DNA from: Syntrophorhabdaceae bacterium
Lineage (GTDB): Bacteria; Desulfobacterota; Syntrophorhabdia; Syntrophorhabdales; Syntrophorhabdaceae
Length of the DNA stretch: 64,000 nt
Assembly (NCBI GenBank): GCA_963665295.1
Contig: OY762209.1
Coordinates: 1,504,001-1,568,000 of the forward strand
Direction: 5' to 3'
Part shown: positions 29,375 through 37,841 of the stretch, piece after piece
How positions within the stretch are numbered: the stretch's first letter is position 1
Layout: each line of letters opens with the position of its first letter
Position numbers and translations under genes: made by a program
Notes under the pieces: generated by a model
The model's database searches: none
What the model was told of the DNA's origin: nothing
Seen by the model: the letters and a program-made list of their open reading frames with translations, nothing else

Positions 29375-30811
29375 ATGATAAGAGAACACGAAAGATACTT
29401 TTCCCCCATCATCTATTTTCTGGACTGCCTTTTCATACTTTTTTCCTATGCCCTGAGTGTCTCCCTTTACATGGGGATCCTGAGGTTCACCCATCCATTC
29501 GGGCTCAACGGGCCCTTCTCGTTCTATTGGGACAGGTACCTCCTCACGTTGCCCTTCTTCTTCATGATCTTTGTCTTCTTTTACCAGTTCTGGTACAAGA
29601 ACCGTGTACTACAACTCGGAAAGGTGGGGATCATGATGCTTCAGATCGCAATCCCCTGTATTCTTACGGGCGCGATCTTTGTCGCCTTCACCATGGTCAA
29701 TAAGTCCTTCACCATGGATTTCTGGTTCGTCCTGCTTTACCTCGTTCTTTCCTGGATATTCCTTCTCGCGATCAGGCTCTGCGTGCTCATGTACATCAGG
29801 ATGGAGCAAAAGAAGGGCCGGTACGTAAAGTACCTCCTCGTGGTGGGCACGGGGGAACGGGCCGTCAAGGCGGCGCGTCTCTTTGAGGACAACCCGGGTT
29901 GGGGGGTCGAGATGATCGGGTTCCTCACGAACCAGAGGAGCGAAGTGGGAAAGGAGATCTCGAAATACAGGGTTATCGGTCTGGTGGACGACCTGCCCAC
30001 GATCCTGGAAGATAACGTGGTGGATACGATCTTCTTCACGGGCGGGACGGACAGCACGACTCAGATCCGCAATCTCGCGAACCGGTGCGAGATGATAGGC
30101 ATAGATTTCGTGCTCGACGTGTCGACCCTGCTCGCAAAGACTATCGGAGTTTCCGCCGAGCCTCTTCGGGATATGTCCACCATCCTCTTCAGGCCCCTGC
30201 CGTACAGCCCGGAGAAACTTTTCCTGAAAAGGGTTTTCGATTTCATGGTTTCGGGCGCCCTTATCATCTTCTGCATACCCTTCTGGATAATCATACCCAT
30301 CCTCATCAGACGGGATTCTCCCGGGCCCGCTTTTTATGTACAGGAGAGGGTGGGCAAGCACGGCAGGCCTTTCCGGATGTACAAGTTCCGCACCATGGTT
30401 GTCAATGCCGAGCATATGCAGGAAAAGGTCATGCATCTCAACGAAATGGACGGCCCCGTGTTCAAGATAAAGGAAGACCCCCGTCTCACGAAGATAGGCA
30501 AGTTCCTGAGGCGGACCAGCCTCGACGAACTCCCCCAGTTGTTCAACGTCTTTCTGGGCAGCATGAGTCTTGTGGGCCCCCGGCCGCCCATCATGAAGGA
30601 AGTCCTGCGTTATCGCCCGTGGCAGCGAAAGAGGCTCTCCGTGACCCAGGGTGTTACCTGTCTCTGGCAGGTAACGGGGAGAAATGAGATAAAGTTCGAC
30701 GAATGGATGAAACTTGACCTGCAGTACATAGAAAACTGGTCGCTCACCCTCGACTTAAAGATCCTGTTTTTGACGGTGACCGCGGTAATTTCGAGAAGAG
30801 GGGCAGTCTGA
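29375..30811 (+). CDS. Priming polyprenyl-phosphate glycosylphosphotransferase (WcaJ/WbaP-like)
   Basis: N-terminal TMs, CoA-binding-like region, KRVFD, YKFRTM, DPRLTKIGKFLRRTSLDELPQL, MSLVGPRP. Confidence 0.92.
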   Translation: MIREHERYFSPIIYFLDCLFILFSYALSVSLYMGILRFTHPFGLNGPFSFYWDRYLLTLPFFFMIFVFFYQFWYKNRVLQLGKVGIMMLQIAIPCILTGAIFVAFTMVNKSFTMDFWFVLLYLVLSWIFLLAIRLCVLMYIRMEQKKGRYVKYLLVVGTGERAVKAARLFEDNPGWGVEMIGFLTNQRSEVGKEISKYRVIGLVDDLPTILEDNVVDTIFFTGGTDSTTQIRNLANRCEMIGIDFVLDVSTLLAKTIGVSAEPLRDMSTILFRPLPYSPEKLFLKRVFDFMVSGALIIFCIPFWIIIPILIRRDSPGPAFYVQERVGKHGRPFRMYKFRTMVVNAEHMQEKVMHLNEMDGPVFKIKEDPRLTKIGKFLRRTSLDELPQLFNVFLGSMSLVGPRPPIMKEVLRYRPWQRKRLSVTQGVTCLWQVTGRNEIKFDEWMKLDLQYIENWSLTLDLKILFLTVTAVISRRGAV

Positions 30812-30839
30812 TGGTCCGTGGTCATGGAGGGAAGGAAGA

Positions 30840-32456
30840 ATGAATTTTTTCAAACGCGTATTTTCGTTCGGCAAAGATGAGACTTATGATGAGGCCATGA
30901 ACCTCTTCAATAAGCACGAATATAAAGAGGCAATACAGAAGTTTGAAGAGATCCTGAAACGAAAGACTTCATCCACGAGCCTTCACCATAACCTTGCCCG
31001 CGTCTATTTGAGCCAGGCCCATCGGAACCTCGGCATCATTTCCTTCGCCATGGGAAACTTCTCCATAGCCCTCGGCGAGTTCCAGAAAGCGCTCCGGTTC
31101 AACCCCGATTACACCGAACTTTACCACTTTATCGGGGTGTGTCAGAATAACCTTGGGGATTTCGAGGGGGCCATAAGAAGCTTCAATATGCTCCTCGATG
31201 TGGAGCCGTCCAACCTGCCCACCAGGCTGAAGCTCGGTGTGGCCTTTCATAACCTCGGGATGTGGGATAAGGTTATTGCCCTTTACCAGAGGATACTGAA
31301 ACAGAACCCCGAATATGCCGATATCCATTACCGGCTGGGCCTCGCCTTTCTCGGCCAGGGTTCCATAACCGAGGCCGTGGACGCTTTCGCGAACGCCCTC
31401 GAGATCAACCCCAATTACCTCCAGGCCAGGGTCAAACTTTCCCTGAGCCATGCGTACCTTGGGAAGTATGAGGAAGCCCTGAACGACCTGACGGTGGTGG
31501 AGAAGAAATTTCCCGATTATGCGGACATACAGTATTATCTCGGGATCGTGTTCACGGGCCGGAACGAGACGGAAGAGGCGATAGCCCATTTCAGGCGCGC
31601 CCTGGAGATTAACCCCTCGTACAAGAGCGCAAAGGCGAAACTCGGTTTTCTTTACTGCCACCTGGGCAGGATAAAGGAAGGCATAAAGGAGCTTGAAGAG
31701 GCGCGGGCCATCGACCCGGCGGACGAGGACCTGAAGATGACCATCAATGTGCTGAAGACGGTAGGCGCGTCCAGGCCCGATGCGGAGGCGGCCTTTTCCG
31801 ATATTCTCAACAATGTCCTGGGAGGGGAAAGACAGATTGCCCAGACCATGCACGAGTTCATAAAACATATAGAGATAGGCCCTGATGTTTCGGAAATAGT
31901 CTCCATAATCATGCTTGTGTCCGAGGAGGACAGTTCCCTTTGTGAGGCCCTTGTGCCCCTCATAAACGAACATATCGCCACCCACACGGGATATCCCGAC
32001 CTTCATGACAGCCTCGGGACGCTTTACCTGAAACTGAATCGCCTGGACGATGCGAGAAGGTCTTTCCAAGAGGCGGTCAAGCTGAACGGGGAGTTTATGG
32101 CCGCGCGGTTCAACCTGTTCTACACCCTGAAAGCCCTGGGGAAGAATGAAGACGCCCTTGAACAAGGGGAGTTCATCTTCGCCAAGAATCTGCCCTATCC
32201 CGATTTCTACTGTGCCTTCGGGGAGGTATACCTCGCCCTTTCACGGTTCAAGGAAGCGTCGGAGGCTGCGGACCGCACCTTGAGCCTCAATCCGCAATAC
32301 GCGAGAGCCCATCTTCTCAAGGCCCGGATTTGCGAAAAGGAGGGGGATGCGAAGGGTGCCCTGGACGCTGTCGAACGGTGCATGGTCTGCAAACCTCCCA
32401 GGGAACTTCAACCCCTGATAGGGGAAATGACGAGGCGTCTGAAGAAGAAGTCCTGA
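30840..32456 (+). CDS. Tetratricopeptide repeat protein
   Basis: More than 10 repeats of the A...F..AL..NP.Y..A...LG type; no obvious signal peptide. Confidence 0.85.
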   Translation: MNFFKRVFSFGKDETYDEAMNLFNKHEYKEAIQKFEEILKRKTSSTSLHHNLARVYLSQAHRNLGIISFAMGNFSIALGEFQKALRFNPDYTELYHFIGVCQNNLGDFEGAIRSFNMLLDVEPSNLPTRLKLGVAFHNLGMWDKVIALYQRILKQNPEYADIHYRLGLAFLGQGSITEAVDAFANALEINPNYLQARVKLSLSHAYLGKYEEALNDLTVVEKKFPDYADIQYYLGIVFTGRNETEEAIAHFRRALEINPSYKSAKAKLGFLYCHLGRIKEGIKELEEARAIDPADEDLKMTINVLKTVGASRPDAEAAFSDILNNVLGGERQIAQTMHEFIKHIEIGPDVSEIVSIIMLVSEEDSSLCEALVPLINEHIATHTGYPDLHDSLGTLYLKLNRLDDARRSFQEAVKLNGEFMAARFNLFYTLKALGKNEDALEQGEFIFAKNLPYPDFYCAFGEVYLALSRFKEASEAADRTLSLNPQYARAHLLKARICEKEGDAKGALDAVERCMVCKPPRELQPLIGEMTRRLKKKS

Positions 32457-32557
32457 TCCCCTGATTTACCTATCCCCATGAAAAGACAAGATGAAGACGG
32501 GTGGAAAGGGTCTGTGGTGACGGACCTGCTCCTTTCCCCTTTTAAGGCCCCGGAACC

Positions 32558-33964
32558 ATGACGGGCATGGAGATGGTTTTTCTCCTTGTAGGCGCTGTTG
32601 CCGGCGGGTGCATCGCGTGGATATGGGCGCTTTCACGTTTTCAGAAATCCCGGGCCCTATGGGAAGGGGACGCGTCGGGCGCGGAGGCCGTGGCCGCTGA
32701 GTTGAGGCATCAGGTAGAGGGAAAGGACCGGGAAACGGCCCGGCTTAGAGAGGAGATCTCCCTCGAAAGGGGGGCGAGGATAGAGGCCGCCACGCGGCTC
32801 GAAGCGGCGGCGGAGGGCCTTGACGCGGAGCGGCAGCTTCTCAAGGATTTGAAAAGGGAGATGACGGACACCTTCAATGCCCTTTCGTCCCGGGCCCTGA
32901 AGAGCAGCAGCGAGGATTTCATCAGGCTCGCCTCGGAGCATCTGGGAAAGATAATCGAGACCACCAAGGGCAGGCTGGGCGAGCACCAGTCGGCCATGGA
33001 CGGAATGATCAAGCCTCTTCAGGAAACGCTCAGGCGGTACGAGGGTGAGATCAAGGCCATGGAAGAGGGGAGGCAGAAGGCGTTCGGAAGCCTTGAAGAA
33101 CAGTTGAGGGCCCTCGCATCCGGCCAGGAAAGCCTTCAGAGGGAGACAGGCAACCTCGTTTCGGCCCTCAGAAAGCCGGAGGTGAGGGGCCGGTGGGGGG
33201 AGATGCAACTGAAGAGGGTGGCGGAACTCTCCGGCATGTCCATGCACTGTGACTTCACGGAGCAGGTTTCCGTGGATACGGATACGGGGAAGGCGCGGCC
33301 CGACATGGTGGTCCATCTCCCTTCCGGCCGCGAAATAGTGGTCGATTCAAAGGTATCCCTCGACGCTTATCTCGACGCCACGGCAGACAGGACTGAGGAG
33401 GGGAGAAAGACCAAACTCGAGAGACATGCCCGGCAGGTGAGGACCCACATGGACCGGCTTTCCTCCAAGGAGTACTGGAGCCAGTTCGAACAGTCCCCTG
33501 AATTCGTCATTCTCTTCATCCCCGGTGAATCCTTTCTCGGGGCGGCCCTCGACGCGGATACGACACTCATAGAGGACGGCATCGGAAAGAAGGTTATCCT
33601 TGCCACTCCCACCACCTTTATCGCCCTGCTCCGGGCGATCGCCTTCGGGTGGAGACAGGAGCAGGTCACGAAGAACGCCAGGGAAGTGAGCCTCCTGGGC
33701 CGGGAGCTGTATGAGAGGATCTCCACCATGGTCAGGCATTTCGAGGACCTCGGGAGCGCTATAAGGAAAGCAACGGAGATGTACAACAAGACGGTAGGGT
33801 CCATGGAGGCACGGGTTCTTCCCTCGGCGAGAAGATTCAGGGACCTTGGTGCGACCGGTGCGGGAGAAATTCCGGTGCTTGAGGAAACGGATAATCTGCC
33901 GAGGAAGGTGGACGGCCTTCTCTGGGACGGACGAAAGGAGGAAGAAGATGGAGGAAAAGGATAG
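32558..33964 (+). CDS. rmuC: DNA recombination protein RmuC
   Basis: N-terminal TM + coiled coil; RGRWGEMQL, RPDMVVHLP, VDSK, EFVILFIPGE, ILATPTT. Confidence 0.92.
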   Translation: MTGMEMVFLLVGAVAGGCIAWIWALSRFQKSRALWEGDASGAEAVAAELRHQVEGKDRETARLREEISLERGARIEAATRLEAAAEGLDAERQLLKDLKREMTDTFNALSSRALKSSSEDFIRLASEHLGKIIETTKGRLGEHQSAMDGMIKPLQETLRRYEGEIKAMEEGRQKAFGSLEEQLRALASGQESLQRETGNLVSALRKPEVRGRWGEMQLKRVAELSGMSMHCDFTEQVSVDTDTGKARPDMVVHLPSGREIVVDSKVSLDAYLDATADRTEEGRKTKLERHARQVRTHMDRLSSKEYWSQFEQSPEFVILFIPGESFLGAALDADTTLIEDGIGKKVILATPTTFIALLRAIAFGWRQEQVTKNAREVSLLGRELYERISTMVRHFEDLGSAIRKATEMYNKTVGSMEARVLPSARRFRDLGATGAGEIPVLEETDNLPRKVDGLLWDGRKEEEDGGKG

Positions 33965-34151
33965 GCTGCGGGTCGTGCTCATGCGACTTCTCGAGGAAGA
34001 CCGGTATTCTCTGGAAGAGTACGGGCACTGGATGGATGTGGCGGAGAAAGCCGGACTCGGAGACGTCCGTGATCTCATAGGGGAAGCGGAGAAGTCCACG
34101 AGATCGGCCATGAGGGCCACGTCGGCCGCCCTCGATTTGATCAGCCGGTAA
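33948..34151 (+). CDS. Small helical hypothetical protein (67 aa)
   Basis: ATG 33948 preceded by AAGGAGG; overlaps the rmuC end; amphipathic MEEKDRLRVVL...W...AEKAGL. Confidence 0.55.
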   Translation: MEEKDRLRVVLMRLLEEDRYSLEEYGHWMDVAEKAGLGDVRDLIGEAEKSTRSAMRATSAALDLISR

Positions 34152-34211
34152 GAGAGGTGCGCCGTCCGCGGGAAGCAGGACGGGCCTTGCTCTTATCGTG
34201 CCCGTAAGGCG

Positions 34212-34979
34212 CTAAAGGCGTCTGACCCGGACTAAGGCCCCCTTCCGCAAAGCCTGCATGTCCATGAAGCTTTCCATGAAATATCCGAATTCGAGATACC
34301 CCGAACTGCCGATGAGGCACACCACGTCGGACTCGAAATAACTCCTGTAGAGCCTGTCAAAGCAAAGGGTCCCCACTTCAATCCGGAAAGTTCCCGCCAG
34401 GAAAGGCCCCAGCCAATCACGGGAAATGTTGGTGATCCCGTTTCCGAACCTGTCGAACCTCACGATTTCTCCCAGGAGCGTATCATCTTCCACAACGGGG
34501 ATGAGGCCGGAAAGGCGGACCGGGTCCGGGACGCACGGCCCGAATGCCTGGGGCGTCTCGCCCGTGGAGAGATGCGCCGCGGCAGGGGCGAAGATATCCC
34601 GTCCGTGAAAGGTGGCGCTTACCTCGGGGAGCATGAGATCAGGCCGGTCTATTGCATGGACCTTTGCAGTCTCGTCCATGACGAGGCTGAATATCCCGTT
34701 GTCGGGACCTACGAAGAGATGGCGGTCCCTGGTGACGATGATGGACTTTCTTGCCCCGCCCACCGTGGGATCGACCACTGCAACGTGGATTGCGCCGTCC
34801 CGGAACCACGGGTAATAATCGCCGATCATGAACGCGGCTTCCCGTATGTCCTGGGCTTCCACCTCGTGGGTGATGTCCACGATCCGTGCATCGGGGTTGA
34901 TCGAAAGGATTACTCCCTTCATGATGCCCGCGTAGGGGTCTTTCAGACCGAAGTCCGTGAGGAGGGTGATGGTTTTCAC
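34212..34979 (-). CDS. SAM hydroxide adenosyltransferase (DUF62 / chlorinase-fluorinase family)
   Basis: ITLLTDFG.KDPY, DITH, VVDPTVG..R, GPDNG, SATFHGRDIF, DRFGN.ITN. Confidence 0.9.
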   Translation of the reverse strand: MKTITLLTDFGLKDPYAGIMKGVILSINPDARIVDITHEVEAQDIREAAFMIGDYYPWFRDGAIHVAVVDPTVGGARKSIIVTRDRHLFVGPDNGIFSLVMDETAKVHAIDRPDLMLPEVSATFHGRDIFAPAAAHLSTGETPQAFGPCVPDPVRLSGLIPVVEDDTLLGEIVRFDRFGNGITNISRDWLGPFLAGTFRIEVGTLCFDRLYRSYFESDVVCLIGSSGYLEFGYFMESFMDMQALRKGALVRVRRL

Positions 34980-36013
34980 GGTTCAGGAGGGAAGAGCATA
35001 CGTATCCCCTCCCTGTAGGGCCGCTCCACGATGCCCTTTTCCGTGATAAAAGCGGAGATGTATTTGGCCGGGGTAATATCAAAAGAGTAGTACCTTGCCT
35101 TCACGTCGTGAAGGGTGAGCAGCTTCTTTCCGATGTACTTCACTTCCCCTCCGTCCCTCTCCTCAATATCGATGGCGCTTCCATTGTCCGTATTTTTGTC
35201 GAAGGTCGAAACCGGCGCTGCGATATAAAAGGGTATTTTATATTCCCGGGCGGCGAGGGAGATCATGTACGTGCCTATCTTGTTCGCCGTGTCGCCGTTT
35301 CTCGCGATCCTGTCGGCCCCTGTCACGACCTTGTCCACGGCCTTGTAATAGCACAGGAGGCCCGCATGGTTGTCCGGCACAAGCTCCACGTCGATCCCCT
35401 CTTCCTTGAGTTCGTATACGGTGAGCCGCGCGCCCTGGAAATAGGGCCGCGTCTCCGTTGAAAAGACCTTTATCCGTTTTCCGCTTTCATGGGCGGCTCT
35501 TATGACCCCCAAGGCGGTGCCGTACCCGCCCGTGGCGAGGGCGCCCGCGTTGCAGTGGGTAAGGATGGTGTCGCCGTCGTCTATCAGTTCCGCGCCATAG
35601 CGGGACAGGGTCCTGTTGTTCTCCACATCTTCGGTGTGGACGGCAATGGCCTCCCGGGTGATCGAATCGAGGAGGTCGGGGTCGTTCTTGTGGAGGTCAT
35701 AGACCTTCCGCATCCTCGTGAGGGCCCAGGAGAGATTGACCGCGGTCGGCCTCGTGGCGAGAAGCCTCTTGCAGACCCGGTCCATGTCGGAGGGGCTGAA
35801 CCGCCCTTTCCGCATGGTAATCTCCCTCATGCCTATAGCCACGCCGTAAGCCGCCACCACGCCTATGAGGGGCGCGCCTCTCACGATCATGTTCCTTATG
35901 GCCTTCTCCACGTCCGCCACGGCCGTGCACCGGACGTATTCCTGTTTGAAGGGGAGTTTTCTCTGATCGAGGAGGTAAAGGGAGCCTTCATCCCAGTAAA
36001 TGTGGTCAATCAT
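34976..36013 (-). CDS. mtnA: S-methyl-5-thioribose-1-phosphate isomerase
   Basis: LLDQRKLP, MIVRGAPLIG, RPTAVNL, LTHCNAGALAT, ETRPY.QGARLT, GADRIARNGDTANKIGTY. Confidence 0.95.
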   Translation of the reverse strand: MIDHIYWDEGSLYLLDQRKLPFKQEYVRCTAVADVEKAIRNMIVRGAPLIGVVAAYGVAIGMREITMRKGRFSPSDMDRVCKRLLATRPTAVNLSWALTRMRKVYDLHKNDPDLLDSITREAIAVHTEDVENNRTLSRYGAELIDDGDTILTHCNAGALATGGYGTALGVIRAAHESGKRIKVFSTETRPYFQGARLTVYELKEEGIDVELVPDNHAGLLCYYKAVDKVVTGADRIARNGDTANKIGTYMISLAAREYKIPFYIAAPVSTFDKNTDNGSAIDIEERDGGEVKYIGKKLLTLHDVKARYYSFDITPAKYISAFITEKGIVERPYREGIRMLFPPEP

Positions 36014-36077
36014 CCGTGTCTCCAGCCTCCTTCTTTCCCGGTGTAATCACTATTGCAGCGCATCCGAAGTCAATCGG

Positions 36078-37529
36078 TCATTCCCCTTTGAGTCTCTTGA
36101 GCAGGAGGTCGTTGAGAAGTTTCGGATTCGCCTTCCCCCTCGTTTCTTTCATTGCCTGTCCCACGAAGAATCCGAGGAGTTTTTCCTTGCCTCCCCGGAA
36201 ATCGGCCAGCTCTTTGGGGAATTTCGCAATGATGGCGTCTATTGTTCCCACGAGGGAGGTTTCGTCCGATATCTGGACCATGCCCTTCTCTTCCACGAGT
36301 TTCTTCGGCGAGATGCCCCGCGCATAAAGCTCGGGGAATATTTCCTTGCCTATCTTTATGTTTATAGTCCCGTCCTTTATGAGGGAGAGCAGTTCCGCGA
36401 GGTGTCCGGGGGTGAGGGGCGCGTCTTTCGGCGACACGTTGCCCGTCTTCAACTCCCTCAAAAGCTCGGTCATGATCCAGTTGCTCACGGTCTTCGCTTC
36501 CTTGAAGAGCTTCAGGGTCTCTTCGAAATAGTCCCCCAGCGCCCTGTCCGAGACAAGTATCTCCGCGTCATACCGGGGTAGGCCGTATTCGCTCATGAAC
36601 CGCTCTATCTTCGCCATGGGCAGTTCGGGAAGGGCCTTTCCTATTTCCTCCACCCAGGCATCGTCGATGGTCAGGGGAAGAAGGTCGGGTTCGGGGAAGT
36701 ACCTGTAGTCGTGGGCTTCTTCTTTACCCCTCATGGAATAGGTTACGCCTTCGTCGGGGTTGAAAAGGCGCGTTTCCTGGACAACCGTGCCGCCCGACTC
36801 TATCAACTCGATCTGCCGCGTTATCTCGTAGGCAAGTGACCTTTCTATGAAACGGAAGGAATTGAGGTTTTTCATCTCCGCCCGGGTGCCGAGTTCCGGG
36901 TCGCCCTTCTTCCTCACCGACACGTTGGCGTCGCACCTGAAACTCCCTTCCTCCATGTTCCCGTCGCATACTTCAAGGTAAACCAGTATATCGCGCAGGG
37001 TCTTGAGATAGAGGACCGCCTCCTCGGGTGTTGCGATGTCCGGTTCGCTCACGATTTCGAGAAGGGGCACGCTCGACCTGTTGTAGTCGACGAGGCTGTA
37101 ACTGCTCGCCTCTATGGTGCTCTCGTGAACCAGCTTCCCTGCGTCTTCCTCCATGTGGACCCTTTTTACACGGATCCTCTTTTTCGTATCCCCGAGGAAG
37201 ATATCGAGGAACCCGTCTTCGCATATGGGCTCTTCGTACTGGGATATCTGATAACCCTTGGGCAGGTCCGGGTAATAGTAATTCTTCCGGGCGAAGATAC
37301 TCTTTTTGTTAATCCTGCAACCGAGGGCAAGACCGAGTTTTATGGCAAAATCCACCACCTTTTTATTGAGGACCGGCAGGGCGCCGGGAAGTCCCATGCA
37401 GGTAGGGCATGTGTGGCTGTTCGGTTCTCCCCCGAATGTGGTTGAGCATCCGCAGAATATCTTGCTGTTCGTGAGAAGATGGGCATGAACTTCAAGCCCC
37501 ATGACGCCTTCATAACCGTTATGATTCAC
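36078..37529 (-). CDS. gatB: Asp-tRNA(Asn)/Glu-tRNA(Gln) amidotransferase subunit B
   Basis: GLEVHAHL, RKNYYYPDLPKGYQISQ, HMEEDAGK, GNMEEGSFRCDANVS, DYRYFPEPDL. Confidence 0.97.
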   Translation of the reverse strand: MNHNGYEGVMGLEVHAHLLTNSKIFCGCSTTFGGEPNSHTCPTCMGLPGALPVLNKKVVDFAIKLGLALGCRINKKSIFARKNYYYPDLPKGYQISQYEEPICEDGFLDIFLGDTKKRIRVKRVHMEEDAGKLVHESTIEASSYSLVDYNRSSVPLLEIVSEPDIATPEEAVLYLKTLRDILVYLEVCDGNMEEGSFRCDANVSVRKKGDPELGTRAEMKNLNSFRFIERSLAYEITRQIELIESGGTVVQETRLFNPDEGVTYSMRGKEEAHDYRYFPEPDLLPLTIDDAWVEEIGKALPELPMAKIERFMSEYGLPRYDAEILVSDRALGDYFEETLKLFKEAKTVSNWIMTELLRELKTGNVSPKDAPLTPGHLAELLSLIKDGTINIKIGKEIFPELYARGISPKKLVEEKGMVQISDETSLVGTIDAIIAKFPKELADFRGGKEKLLGFFVGQAMKETRGKANPKLLNDLLLKRLKGE

Positions 37530-37740
37530 TTTTCCACCTCTCCGGTAGTCGTAATGGTACTAATATACAACAGGTTCTCCCCTTTTTCCAAATATTCCGT
37601 AGGCGGAAACGGGGCGGTCGCGGACATGGTGCGGGAGGGGCGCTGCAGTCCGGGCAGGAGGGTCCATCACCGCAGGTGGGGAAAGACGGCCCCCTATCCC
37701 CCGGATGTCATTGAAAACATGGGGCATAACAGAACAAGGC

Positions 37741-37769
37741 TTGACCGTACAGGCATTTTCGGGTATGAA
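37741..37769 (+). promoter_or_regulatory. Possible sigma70 promoter for the second GH9 gene
   Basis: TTGACC, 17 nt spacer, TATGAA; supports a start downstream of 37770. Confidence 0.35.
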
Positions 37770-37841
37770 GATAAGATGTGGGTCGGTATACCGGGCCGAC
37801 TGACCAGATATTCAGCCCGGGCCCGCCCGGACTGCGATGAT

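Noticed and set aside
34212..34979. Possible fluorinase/chlorinase (halogenation pathway with MtnA-like isomerase)
   Set aside because: Keeps the Asp/Arg/His hydrolase signature (VVDPTVG..R, TFHGRD); halogenases lack this His
37479..37841. N-terminal 121 aa of the 1391-aa track ORF
   Set aside because: Overlaps the gatB start head-to-head; the signal peptide and a promoter-like motif point to ATG 37842
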